64,000 nt of DNA. It comes from a phage. Both the position numbers and the translations under genes were made by a program. A model generated the notes under the pieces. It was not told the DNA's origin and ran no database searches. It saw only the letters and a program-made list of their open reading frames with translations. The stretch is from the sequence record PV467749.1. One strand, given 5' to 3'. Of this stretch, positions 53,501 to 61,367 are shown piece by piece (the stretch's first letter is position 1; each line of letters starts with the position of its first letter).

Positions 53501-54477
53501 TGAGATACCAAAACAATGCATGGGAAACCATCTTGAGTGTATCAAAAATCAAAACTGACACCACACCAACCTTGTACACAGTAAGAAACACTGCGAACGG
53601 AACTGTAGAACTACTAGATAGTACTGGAGTTGTACTTCGTTATGATAACATCACTAAACAACAACAAAATGAACCAGCAATACCTCTAGCATTGAACATC
53701 GTTCGTATTAGAACCTTTGCTGATCCAGAATTCTTGGTTGATGGTGTTAAGTTGTATGAAACAAATAGAAACTATGCTATCGACGCAATGAACTATGAAG
53801 TATTCTACGACACAACACTATACGGTGGTTCTTATAATGATGGAATTACACCAGATGACGTTGATGTTTGGGTAGTGTCTAACGAGATATTTGAAGTTGA
53901 TGGTGTTACCATTGATAACGGATATAACTTACCAATTACTGGTGCAGGTGTTCTTAGTGAGTTAGTGAGAACCAAAATGACTGATAGTGTGGAAATTAAC
54001 GTGTTCGAGTATGATGTTGGTATTATTCAACCAGTACTGAATACTGAAGGGGTATGGGAATATGCATATCCACTAGTTAGTGATACATATATTGGTGTAG
54101 TTGGTGGAACAGTAACTAACATTACTGCTATCAGTGAAGAAAATGCTACTTATGTTTCACAACCAGATTCAGTTAGTCCATATAGTGTTACTAATAATGT
54201 TCTATCTGGTGCTGGTGCAAGTATGAATGATATTATTTCTCTTGGTTTTGAAAAAGTTGAAGTACGATTTGCAAATAACTTACTCCGTGGGGTAATGTAT
54301 AGTGCAGAACACGACTTTAAAGAGAATGTGACATATTCATTTAATGGCTTGAACTTAGGTAAAGTTAATTTACTAAAACGTTATAGTGTTAACAGTTATC
54401 CAATCGAACTATCTGTTTACTCCGATAGTTTGCAAATAAGTGGTAATGACATTAAAAATCTATTAGAAGTTAAATAA
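44506..54477 (+). CDS. giant virion structural protein (about 3323 aa), putative baseplate/fibre component
   Basis: Uninterrupted 10-kb ORF; ATG 44506 with GGAG RBS (alternative in-frame ATG at 44476); Asn/Tyr/Asp/Thr-rich; follows gp25- and gp6-like genes; ends at a strong terminator. Confidence 0.6.
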   Translation: MTNNFKFQPTQMAEAVQKKLFIKRLPEWMQGLEDIQKVSDDVIQQWFNPAENELVDGYIGDMGSPAAAGNIFLHESTVARQLYQLSTAYVSRNDDSSIRSIQFYDDLVGYMNHYGALTENESRLFNGKFYSWTPPINPNKMNNYSSYLWDSKNSYNIATPDYIVMERGAENGNTWSLQNFWYTLGETLEDGTILTEELMQDSRFVRARAPIIEYNKNIELMNYGTKFRGTVDLFSDIIKPEDIVQKDINSGIRIDGIIPQDGMRILFTSIGNNGENNRIYKVYVKRMQDGTRVYGLALDPDEESESRPSGEPQDGDVVLIIKGNEFGNSSMYWDGSHWIQAQSKTSVNVFPQFQLYDRNGVKLNNTTTYPSSTFTGSSLFGFKINYNYATDSVYGYNIELGDYNYYTYENFLQSTRYTYEHLGVEVEIDGLYYYNVIGEGNTMNLETDWVRSTEYSKQYVKQTPQVERTVMFRVFSTVYDMESFKDPVEGMYAYVIEVDRTYQYYKAERETYLDWHVIVGDGVQSVKYNHTFELAQKVLDNSDDIIELVVDGVEIKEYTKTVVNNQVQSITIDSSVDLDEDSVVQIRTYSSTITPNKELGAYEVPINLQNNPYNSNIEYINQGDYTLHFQDIIQKNITSGSADDFNNYEERLAAGLVNNGVGTKIIQNEASMLPLMAHTANEDIDLFESIMFMQAEYFRFINKFNTQMLRLYEEDPSAFLGNSASNIVDAILTAINMGRDSSFPFYYDNVASTAGFIRAFVPPTPQFLGILQAYTPQKATFLTAGSKSSCYNISHTGVISKAYRVINGVDKMDDVVFELENRIFNSIDLTFKDIDYKPVLNSEDLFPTPYFTGTDYSAEEKKTLLLRGYINFTATNGISNSTHDYDANNWRTWNYTGSYYVVDGQRTEIPARGSWRAIYTDQYGTYRPATHPWEMMGFSQRPTWWNQEYEPTAVQVGEREGDVVYVYEALVMNENGDLVPSGLWDIDGTIGDSSTGTILSGERRGQYDKYKRFGVQPFKITKTGEKTSTGIDICEVEYIAPEVLGLVSGNLDHRAEPWAYGDMGDMEFTYMNTAMFAYDQMLLLYKAKPAQFANYYWDTRNDNLKPVYTDGSQFLYGETRKRLNFDSATLVHGEKNTRTIGYQMFVSDYLMYQNKNITTKYGDVVRSSYVNVAHKIGGFTKADQLTFTAKSFGLISQENQTIGLVRSNNIRDEQMSAVKITWNGSAYQIDGYDLVGAKFKYKIPVKNGRKVTLKLEDRTVVHYNEWKSEGTLEYGKIFNTYQEVYTFICGYGEYLKEHGWIFEDVNDSGAQQDWTTIAKDFVIWSQNNLSTGEFISCTPSAANAKFGADFGSVQSVTQNSGGVWSLLDDENQGIRQYEIETSRIGNVFTVRTTSESQKRMALIRLSLSSYEHAVVFDDKTIFGDYIYQPTYGAIQELIKMYGYITGAWTGRLQAPGFIILEAGTLPSFEKLVTDFELYYNSETPVSDVQLQELSNHLIGYQTRDYLQRMISSDVSRVDFYKGFIHDKGTNQVMEKVLRVSKSYDTDEYKALQEWAFKIGTYGNINGKKNLQFKLINDQFKQQPQMVSFDVNATSNGTGNGIVYYGEQGVDSRWITRPNGKFSFPMRSGRSENIQLPDIGPVTLDEISYVTKDFSTAYNDRINYMNNSGEIPDSVWMFKDGNDLWNIFELVDTEVEMLSIVPIENTDVYAEQFCKVTLSDDIPLNDGDYYYFVDETNFMPDTLTIESQYYTAGNDPRVMVVPFDTSITIDFTDPDTRPRLYRYVSRFSTEEMRQEYIDRKYSFKAPQSTLFDRPTTYDERTNITALYLNVFDPINGVIPGAAMQNVTYTSPVDPAQYNSNGELIQAWGADKVGQVWWNTSTAFYLDYTRAIYDADGNVDVDATNEYKRYNWGRLLPHSTVDVLEWVCSPVEPYNWDKYCKDVANKNKNNTMYLPSGTALEDNYSTFLEYDSTTDTYVTKYYFWVRDTIYVPPLHSRTKSCTDIARIIKEPAQLNIPWFAPINESSFILSNMQFEVNDDTSILTVSYYMDNTEVIKHDQYQLCKEGDSYNFNPSIWTSMWNSMIGQETTESGTVIDLLYPLVPNGLGSNKTWFQDVIEARRNFVESANNYYRSQNITTNTVLMDEVFNVKTTEVNPNEVSYRVLTYNSELVIAPESDKFKENDAVLVSTSGVLPNPLSTSSVYFVHIDANGYIHLMNSPSSAGSVVTITLENRGEGQQKMIKQSDYVEALGTSLDMTQYWSLADWYDIGYDKNTAYTQESSLEDANTKNYQVGDIIRITDVDGIWTLYIKAQSRDSVYWKAIGRENSTVELNDMLYADYTVRDANGSLSNREINVRKALALLKNSFDLHQSEIVFDMVKYVHVEQSVVDWVFKTSYIYIVGLEQSLVQNYSNDNLINQIVEYFEEVKPYRTKIRSQIEQKTSDDDLIKGLCNDLDPNGYIFADGTWVKTEKDIWDYEYAQFNEVTQRWEQVGELPSDFVTPNRRFQEIDVIMHYDNTQCKPNDNLASVDVLEEVNKKYQSNAQDVVSNFELQRYKYTFPEYSDEDFDLLVAYQMQLYYPELNVTLGIAYGVNQWYADHADDLVATAEFTETLNRVYKESTQNEMFNDVNHYVQYNTLSNRLKLYTGADDEVIHDEVGCGFSGLTYDDNPSTRLPFGYASSTDYNFGYFEVSSELYKKYVSLIKENNTTATDDEVRIILEVEYGVYSYRHVDEDGNQRFYNDAIHVLSGMRGLYDKDATDHYEKAEEILSRMPIDIHAFTMMPRKYVYVNVNGVYESIPDDQSIDDFMEDKFITDGQLVQLAEINLDDLPLDRNNPMYSDYQHILDSITDAKYYDDMNAFDNLALESQTSELKWEVEGDEVDPYIIDISDINPSGRKIGQIRFTVDGYGFNSVSLVQLRDNSRYKTEGMVIINPYKTTEAIVSIPSYAKIENDISKSYSKYDEKYFYKIKSIVSDTEAEVIDNTLSDGDKVMIFTTDGEDYVRYQNNAWETILSVSKIKTDTTPTLYTVRNTANGTVELLDSTGVVLRYDNITKQQQNEPAIPLALNIVRIRTFADPEFLVDGVKLYETNRNYAIDAMNYEVFYDTTLYGGSYNDGITPDDVDVWVVSNEIFEVDGVTIDNGYNLPITGAGVLSELVRTKMTDSVEINVFEYDVGIIQPVLNTEGVWEYAYPLVSDTYIGVVGGTVTNITAISEENATYVSQPDSVSPYSVTNNVLSGAGASMNDIISLGFEKVEVRFANNLLRGVMYSAEHDFKENVTYSFNGLNLGKVNLLKRYSVNSYPIELSVYSDSLQISGNDIKNLLEVK

Positions 54478-54478
54478 C

Positions 54479-54512
54479 AAAAAGGAGAGCATTTGCTCTC
54501 CTTTTCTTTTTT
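54479..54512. terminator. bidirectional terminator (A-run, AGGAGAGC-ATTT-GCTCTCCT, T-run)
   Basis: 8-bp stem nearly identical to the terminator at 7748..7773; between convergent giant gene and ClpA-like gene. Confidence 0.8.
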
Positions 54513-56799
54513 ACGCAATAACTTTTTCTACTGCTTTAGTTCGTTTAGGTTTGATAGCCAATTTACCATCAATCACATCAAACGTTACGTTACCACCATT
54601 AACCAGAGAACCACACAACATCTCTTTAGCTAGTGGAACACGGATGTTTTGCTCAATAGTGCGTTTCATTGGACGTGCACCCATCCCAACTTTAACACCA
54701 TTTGTTGCCAACCACTCACGTGCCGCTTTGGTTAGTGAAACTTTAACTTTGCGGTCTTTGATTTGTTCATTCAAACTTCCCATGAACTTATCAATGATGC
54801 TGTCAATCGCTTCGCTGCTTAGGTCTTTGAATGTCACAATACTATCGATGCGGTTGATGAATTCAGGTGGCAAGAATGCTTTAATCGCTTTATCTTGTGC
54901 TGTATCACTACCGCTCATCCCAATACTACGCTTGGTTGAATCTGCTGCACCAAGGTTAGTTGTCATAATAACAGTTACGTTATTGAAGTAAACAGTTTTA
55001 CCTTGTGAACCAGTCAAACGTCCTTCGTCCAGAACCTGTAGGAAGGTTAGTAGTACTTTACGATCAGCTTTTTCGATTTCATCAAGCAACAGTACTGCAT
55101 TCGGGAACTGCTCAATCTTGTCGAGTAGCAGACCGTTACCGGAATCGTGACCAACATAGCCTGGAGGTGAACCAATCAGTTTAGCAACAGTATGTTCCTG
55201 TGAAAACTCGGACATATCGAAACGAATCAGTTCAGAGCCAGTTGCATCAGCCAGTGCTTTGGTAATTTCAGTTTTACCAGTACCAGATGGCCCAACAAAC
55301 ATGAATGCACCTTGAACACTTGATTTATCACGCAGACCAGCACGAGCTACCATCACGTTATCAACCAGTTTCTGTACTGCTTCTTCTTGACCGTATACAC
55401 GAGAACGTAGTGCATCTGGTAGATTACGCATACGCTCACTTTCAGTGCAAGCAACCACGTTAATATCTAGGTTTGCGATACCTGCAACAACTTCTTGAAT
55501 CAGTGCAACAGTGATGATGTTATCATCAGTTTCACGAGAACGTACTTTCGCTGCCGCCGCATCCATTAGGTCGATTGCTTTGTCAGGGAAGTGTTTGTTC
55601 TTCAGGAACTTATCACTTAGTGTAATAACTGCATCCATTGCTTCAGTACTGAACTCTACGTTATGGAAAGTTTCATAAGTAGATTTCAAACCATTCACAA
55701 TCGCACGGGTTTCATCAATTGTTGGCTCAACTACATCAATTTTCATGAAACGGCGAGTTAGTGCACTATCTTTTTCGATGTTTTTACGATATTCATCGTA
55801 AGTTGTTGCACCGATTACACGAATCTCACCACGAGATAGTGCAGGTTTGAGCATGTTACTCATATCCATAGAACCGTTGCTTGCTGAACCAGCACCAACC
55901 ATAATATGGATTTCATCGATGAACACAATAGTGTTTTCACGTTTCTTCAGTTCTTTGAGTAGGTTATCGATACGTTCTTCGAACTCACCACGGTACTTAG
56001 TACCAGCAGTCAGTGCACCTACGTTCAGAGACAGAATTTCAACATCTTTAAGATGCTCTGGTACTTCACCATCAGCGATTGCCTGTGCTAGACCATCAAT
56101 GATTTGAGTTTTACCAACACCAGCTTCACCAGTCAGGATGGCATTCTTCTTAGTCTTACGGGCCAGAGTTTCAATCAGTGCAGAAAGCTCTTTCTGGCGA
56201 CCAATCATTGGGTCAAGTTTACCTTCTTTTGCAAGTGCGGTTAGGTTAGTGGTGTAATCTTCTAAACCTTTTTGTTTGGACGATGGTTGCTGTTGTGCCA
56301 CTTTTTTCTCCCCAGTTGGCTCATCACTAATGCTTTGAAGGTTGATTCCGTTGTCGATTGCTTCTACGTGCTTCTGTAGAGTTCGTGCTGCTTCAGTACA
56401 AGTGATACCCTCTTCACGCAATGCTGCTTCTAGTGCAGTATTTGGGAAGGACAAACACTCAAACAGTACAAAATAAGCATCAATTGAGAAATCATCACGT
56501 TTAAGTTGCTCAATTACTGATTTCTTAGAAAGTTCCTGAACTACACGGTTCACGAGAAGTGATGTGCGGTTCGCTTCATCACCATCAGCACTTTTAGGTG
56601 CATGTGGGAATGTTGTATTCTTCAGATATGCAATCAAACGACTGTGTAGGTTGTCTGCATCGATGTTCATATCTTCAAATACTGCTTTGATGCTATCGAT
56701 TGTCAGTACTGTAGCACTTAGATGGTCAATAGTCAAGAATGTATGACCCAGAGAAGTTGCCAGTTCGTCGCTTTTTTTGAATAATTGGGTAAGATTCAT
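54511..56799 (-). CDS. clpA: ClpA-like AAA+ unfoldase (two AAA+ modules plus Clp N-domain)
   Basis: 762 aa; D1 Walker A GEAGVGKT and Walker B IVFIDEIH; D2 Walker A GPSGTGKT and Walker B LLLDEIEKA; conserved VYGQEEAV, RFDMSEF, GSPPGYVG blocks; no ClpB-type middle domain; IGM tripeptide at the ClpP-docking loop position; ATG 56799 with AGGAGA RBS (track ORF starts at upstream GTG). Confidence 0.9.
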   Translation of the reverse strand: MNLTQLFKKSDELATSLGHTFLTIDHLSATVLTIDSIKAVFEDMNIDADNLHSRLIAYLKNTTFPHAPKSADGDEANRTSLLVNRVVQELSKKSVIEQLKRDDFSIDAYFVLFECLSFPNTALEAALREEGITCTEAARTLQKHVEAIDNGINLQSISDEPTGEKKVAQQQPSSKQKGLEDYTTNLTALAKEGKLDPMIGRQKELSALIETLARKTKKNAILTGEAGVGKTQIIDGLAQAIADGEVPEHLKDVEILSLNVGALTAGTKYRGEFEERIDNLLKELKKRENTIVFIDEIHIMVGAGSASNGSMDMSNMLKPALSRGEIRVIGATTYDEYRKNIEKDSALTRRFMKIDVVEPTIDETRAIVNGLKSTYETFHNVEFSTEAMDAVITLSDKFLKNKHFPDKAIDLMDAAAAKVRSRETDDNIITVALIQEVVAGIANLDINVVACTESERMRNLPDALRSRVYGQEEAVQKLVDNVMVARAGLRDKSSVQGAFMFVGPSGTGKTEITKALADATGSELIRFDMSEFSQEHTVAKLIGSPPGYVGHDSGNGLLLDKIEQFPNAVLLLDEIEKADRKVLLTFLQVLDEGRLTGSQGKTVYFNNVTVIMTTNLGAADSTKRSIGMSGSDTAQDKAIKAFLPPEFINRIDSIVTFKDLSSEAIDSIIDKFMGSLNEQIKDRKVKVSLTKAAREWLATNGVKVGMGARPMKRTIEQNIRVPLAKEMLCGSLVNGGNVTFDVIDGKLAIKPKRTKAVEKVIA

Positions 56800-56837
56800 G
56801 TATTCTCCTAAATGAGTAGTCACTCTAATTAATAAAC

Positions 56838-56865
56838 ATTATATCACATTCTTTGCGTTTGTCAA
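56838..56865 (-). promoter_or_regulatory. consensus sigma70-like promoter (TTGACA, 16-nt spacer, TATAAT) for ClpA-like gene
   Basis: Minus-strand TTGACA (plus 56860-56865) and TATAAT (plus 56838-56843), about 40 nt upstream of ATG 56799. Confidence 0.6.
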
Positions 56866-56907
56866 CAAGGTAAATAAAGATATACCCGATTTATTTTGGA
56901 GACAAAC

Positions 56908-58404
56908 ATGGCATATAGAATGTGGAAAAAAGGTAGAACCAATGATTACAAGTTCATTGACTCTGCCATAGCAGAACAATACAACATCGGTGGTGTTGAC
57001 ATGTGGCTTTATGCCTATGTCGGACCAAAACAAGTCGCTGATAACACTGATTTATCATACGGCGGTGATTATTATGGATCAGATAGTACCGTTGTGTCAA
57101 GCATTGGTGATTTAATTTTTGGTGACACTCCAAGTCGTAACTATAATCTCGAAGCTATCACCTTAAGTTGCGTCTACCAAGTCCAAGAAGCAACTCCTGA
57201 CTTGAAAATCCCAGGATTGTTCTTCAATTTTAACACAATGGACATCACAATTCATTATAACACAATGATTCAGCGTTTGGGAAGAAAAATTATGCCAGGT
57301 GACGTAATCGAACTTCCTAACTTACGTGATTTTGATGTACTTGGTAAAGATTCTGGTTTAAACCGCTTCTATGTAGTACAAGATGGGTTTAGAACGTCAG
57401 AAGGTTACTCAGTTACATGGCAACATCACATTTACAAACTCCGTGTTAAACCTCTTACTGATTCACCAGAGTACTCTGACCTTCTAGGTAACAATAACTA
57501 CCCTGATGACCCAGATGATCCAAACAACGGCAATGGTAATACTGATGATGGCTCTTCAGAGAACAGCAGTTATGGTAATGAAATGGATATTATGAACCGT
57601 ATCATTATGCAAGCTGATGATGAAGTACCATACATTCATTTTACTAACGAACACTTGTTCGATGACAGACCAGATACTGTTGATTTGTCTAAGTATATGC
57701 TAAATGGATACGAATTACCAGAGGAACCGGCAAATAAAATGTATTTCCTCAAGAAAACTTACCCAGTACTGAAAGAACTATCTAATGATACATGGATTTC
57801 TGTAGAAGTCAAGCGTGGAACAATCTTTCCTCGCAAACCGATGGATGGTGACTTCTTCTTTAAAGAAAACGAGGCTGATGTCACTGGCTTCTCATTGTAT
57901 CAATACGATAAATCTGCCAAAAAGTGGCTAAATTGTGATGTTGAGTATACTACAGAAAGCACACCACCACAAGGGGTTGATGATTTTTATATTGAATACA
58001 AAGAACCACACATTTATCAGTACTTAAATGGTAAATGGGGAGAACCAGAAGTAACTTACGTTAATGACCCATTCACTTCTAATAGTGTTTATGGAAATAT
58101 CGATTCACAACAAGATTATCGTCCTAAGATTCCTCCAGCACGAGGTACAGTTCCTGAAGGTAACATGTTCCCAAGTGATGCAGTTGATGGTGATTACTAC
58201 TATCGTACCGATTATACACCAGTAACCCTATGGGAATACAGTGCGTCCAAGAATTCTTGGGTGATTTTCGATTACGGTGGTAGAAAACCGTGGGAAGGTG
58301 CAGATCTTGCTCTAACAGAATTTGTTAATAGCCCGAACCGTGTGCCATTACATGATGCAGTTAAACCTAATACAGTGTATCGTATACATAAGGATTCAGA
58401 ATGA
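56908..58404 (+). CDS. hypothetical protein, probable virion/tail component (499 aa)
   Basis: ATG 56908 with GGAG RBS (track ORF starts at upstream GTG/TTG); internal DGDFFF/DGDYYY repeat; acidic Asn/Asp-rich linker. Confidence 0.6.
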   Translation: MAYRMWKKGRTNDYKFIDSAIAEQYNIGGVDMWLYAYVGPKQVADNTDLSYGGDYYGSDSTVVSSIGDLIFGDTPSRNYNLEAITLSCVYQVQEATPDLKIPGLFFNFNTMDITIHYNTMIQRLGRKIMPGDVIELPNLRDFDVLGKDSGLNRFYVVQDGFRTSEGYSVTWQHHIYKLRVKPLTDSPEYSDLLGNNNYPDDPDDPNNGNGNTDDGSSENSSYGNEMDIMNRIIMQADDEVPYIHFTNEHLFDDRPDTVDLSKYMLNGYELPEEPANKMYFLKKTYPVLKELSNDTWISVEVKRGTIFPRKPMDGDFFFKENEADVTGFSLYQYDKSAKKWLNCDVEYTTESTPPQGVDDFYIEYKEPHIYQYLNGKWGEPEVTYVNDPFTSNSVYGNIDSQQDYRPKIPPARGTVPEGNMFPSDAVDGDYYYRTDYTPVTLWEYSASKNSWVIFDYGGRKPWEGADLALTEFVNSPNRVPLHDAVKPNTVYRIHKDSE

Positions 58405-59744
58405 AAATAGATTATTATTATGATGGTCAATTTCGTCGAGTACTGAAACATCTTATCAGAGTGTTTGGTGAATTTCAAGTACAAAATGGTGTTGATGCTG
58501 ACGGAAAACCAAAATATAAGAAAGTTCCTTGCCGCTATGCAGATATTTCACGTATGGCAGCAGCAATTATTAATGGTAACAGTGAGAACGTGCTTCCAAC
58601 AGCACCAATCATGACCATTAGTGTAAACCAACTTAAACTAGATCGCAAGTCAGTTCGTTCAAACGCAAATGAAACATTGGTTATGGGGACTAACAAGTCC
58701 CCTGGAATTAACGAATATACTAAAGACTTAGATAAACAGTATAAAGTAACTCGTCATAACCCAGTACCTTGGACATTTACTTTTGATGTTAATATTTGGG
58801 TTACACAAACACAAACCAAAATGGAACTATTTGAGCAAATTTCAACATTGTTTGCTCCTAGTATTCAATTACAACTCTCCGAGAACCCATTGGATTGGAC
58901 ATCATTGAGTGATGTGGAGTTAATTGACTGTCAATTTACTACTCGTGGTTTCCCACAAGGAACCGATAGTGATTTGGATATAATGGTTTTGACATTTGAA
59001 ACAACAATTTGGTTCTCTTTGCCAGCTATTGTTGAGAAACCAAAACTTATTCAACAAATTACCACCAATATTAAAGGTGCTCGTGATGAACTTGATTTTG
59101 AAATTGGTAATTACTCGGATATCATTACTGATGTATTCACACCAAAGAACTTATGTATTAAAGTTGATGAAATAACAAACTCTGAACTTAATATTCCAGA
59201 TACTTACCAACTCACTCTTGTTAGTCAATCACTATCAGAAACATCACCAAATGGTGGAATTTATTCATGGGAAAAATACCTTAAGTACTTGGACCCAGAA
59301 TATGAAGACAAGACGGTTGGTATCAAATTCCAACAAGCTATAGAAGAGGACAACCCACTAAAAGGACACATCTCTTCATTTGGTGAAGGTGCTGAATCTA
59401 ACAAGATTGTAGTTCAGCTTGATAATAGTAATTATACTGTTGATTATACAATACATGGATTCATTAGTAAAAGCTCTTTGTTATATAACGCACTGCCTGA
59501 ACAATATTATGTAAATAATAGCATACATAACATCATTTACAAAGAGACTGAAATCCCAGCGAACTATTTGTTTAAAATTACCAATGATGGAGCAGAACTT
59601 ATTGAGCCATCACTAGTACACAACTATGTTTATAATATGGAAGATAGTGGGTATTATAGATATAATGACAAATTCAAATGGCATAAGAGTATTATGTCAG
59701 TATATCGTCAGGGGTATTGGAAAATAACTTTCACTGACAAATAA
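58401..59744 (+). CDS. hypothetical protein, probable virion/tail component (447 aa)
   Basis: Start overlaps upstream stop (ATGA), suggesting translational coupling. Confidence 0.6.
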   Translation: MKIDYYYDGQFRRVLKHLIRVFGEFQVQNGVDADGKPKYKKVPCRYADISRMAAAIINGNSENVLPTAPIMTISVNQLKLDRKSVRSNANETLVMGTNKSPGINEYTKDLDKQYKVTRHNPVPWTFTFDVNIWVTQTQTKMELFEQISTLFAPSIQLQLSENPLDWTSLSDVELIDCQFTTRGFPQGTDSDLDIMVLTFETTIWFSLPAIVEKPKLIQQITTNIKGARDELDFEIGNYSDIITDVFTPKNLCIKVDEITNSELNIPDTYQLTLVSQSLSETSPNGGIYSWEKYLKYLDPEYEDKTVGIKFQQAIEEDNPLKGHISSFGEGAESNKIVVQLDNSNYTVDYTIHGFISKSSLLYNALPEQYYVNNSIHNIIYKETEIPANYLFKITNDGAELIEPSLVHNYVYNMEDSGYYRYNDKFKWHKSIMSVYRQGYWKITFTDK

Positions 59745-59756
59745 GGAGGTGTTGTT

Positions 59757-60221
59757 ATGAATGAAGCAGTAGGTGCTATATTTTTATCTAAAAGTACTGG
59801 ACACATGATGTTAAACTTGAGATCAGAAAGAAGTACGTATTCTAACAACTGGGCATTTGTTGGTGGGAAGCTTGAGTATAATGAAACTCCTTTACAGGGT
59901 CTTATGCGTGAGATTAAAGAAGAACTAGGTGATTCTATTCCAACGATAATAGATATTATACCATTTGATGTGTTCTGCACTAAGAATGGTAAATTTAAAT
60001 ACTATTCATTTGTCATTGTAGTTGAAAATGAATTCGTACCTACTTTAAATCATGAGAGTTCTGGTTATGCATGGGTTAAGATTGGCTCATGGCCTAAACC
60101 GTTACATCCTGGTGCAAAAAACACATTACTCAACGCAAATTTAATGAAGGATTTTTATTCATTGTGGGAAAGTATACGACAAGGTACACAGTTTGTCAAC
60201 AGCTTACCATATCGATATTAA
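59757..60221 (+). CDS. NUDIX hydrolase
   Basis: Nudix box GGKLEYNETPLQGLMREIKEELG (GX5EX7REUXEEXGU); AAGGAGG RBS. Confidence 0.85.
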   Translation: MNEAVGAIFLSKSTGHMMLNLRSERSTYSNNWAFVGGKLEYNETPLQGLMREIKEELGDSIPTIIDIIPFDVFCTKNGKFKYYSFVIVVENEFVPTLNHESSGYAWVKIGSWPKPLHPGAKNTLLNANLMKDFYSLWESIRQGTQFVNSLPYRY

Positions 60222-60252
60222 TAAAAAAAGGAGCCATTGGCTCCTTTTTTCT
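60222..60252. terminator. bidirectional terminator (A-run, GGAGCC-ATT-GGCTCC, T-run)
   Basis: GC stem flanked by A7 and T6; between convergent NUDIX gene and minus-strand 366-aa gene. Confidence 0.7.
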
Positions 60253-60254
60253 TT

Positions 60255-61355
60255 TTATACCCCAATCAGTGGGATACCTGTTATATTAAGTAGAACAGAT
60301 GCTTGAAGCTTAACTGACTCACCTGCCGAAAGGTTGTTTACTATACCATCGACGCGGAACCCTAAGTTTTTATTAGAGTTGAGAGAGTTAATCACCCAGT
60401 TTTCGTAATCCGCTTTTGTAATACCATTCGGATTTGGGAGAGTTGGGTCAACATCATTAATTACCATAGAAACATCCCAATTCGGGCGACTACTTGTAAT
60501 TACATCCTTGATTGATTCTAGTTGTGTAATGCGACGTGGATCTGGAATCTGACTTGCACCAATTGAACCAGGAACAAATGTACCTTGATTATCAACATAG
60601 AACTGACCTTTAATGAAAAATGTTTTTGAATTATACGGAAGAGAAACAATTTCACCTGATGAATCACTAACTTCACGAATCATAATTTTCAATTCATAAA
60701 AATAGTTACTACCAAATTCAAACACACCAGTACCATTTGTGAATGTTGTCCAGTTATTTGAATCAACCTGTGAAGTACCACCCATATTGAAGTACGCTAA
60801 TGGCTTAGTACTGTTACTTTGTGTAAATTCAATATATTTCTTACCTGTATCATAGTTGATATCAAGTAGTGTGGAGTACTCTTTATTTTCTGGACGAGAT
60901 GTTTGAATTTCACGCCATTCTTTATTTTTCATTAGGACACGAAGGGAATCACCATTACTGGTAAGAACCATACGACCCATAATACTATTTTCACCATCTG
61001 GTACTGTGTTGAAAATTGAAATCATTGGGATAGATGCCCAGTCAGCTTCAGATGCAGTATCTACTGGCTGACGAGCATTATCAACTAATGCAAGAAGTAG
61101 TTCGCCAGTGTTGCCAGTATTTCTGTACCAAATCTGACCATTAACGTTACCACGAGGTGCAGTAGCTCCACTGAAGTTCTCAACCAAGTGGAGGAAGTTT
61201 TCGTTCCATGCTTGACCGTAACCAACTTTATTTCGACCTGCAAAGTTTAACGGTACTGGGTTACTACCAGGTTGGTTTGGTCCTAATATTACGTTATTTG
61301 GAATGGTAGCATAAACGCTACCATTACTTCTATAAATTGTATAACTTACACTCAT
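60255..61355 (-). CDS. hypothetical protein, possibly tail fibre/baseplate-associated (366 aa)
   Basis: Ser/Asn/Gly/Thr-rich ORF, last in a three-gene minus-strand array. Confidence 0.5.
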   Translation of the reverse strand: MSVSYTIYRSNGSVYATIPNNVILGPNQPGSNPVPLNFAGRNKVGYGQAWNENFLHLVENFSGATAPRGNVNGQIWYRNTGNTGELLLALVDNARQPVDTASEADWASIPMISIFNTVPDGENSIMGRMVLTSNGDSLRVLMKNKEWREIQTSRPENKEYSTLLDINYDTGKKYIEFTQSNSTKPLAYFNMGGTSQVDSNNWTTFTNGTGVFEFGSNYFYELKIMIREVSDSSGEIVSLPYNSKTFFIKGQFYVDNQGTFVPGSIGASQIPDPRRITQLESIKDVITSSRPNWDVSMVINDVDPTLPNPNGITKADYENWVINSLNSNKNLGFRVDGIVNNLSAGESVKLQASVLLNITGIPLIGV

Positions 61356-61367
61356 ATCATCACCTTA

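Noticed and set aside
54551-56746. Plus-strand ORFs inside the ClpA-like gene (54551..54991, 55847..56107, 56564..56746)
   Set aside because: Antisense to a gene with unambiguous AAA+ motifs.
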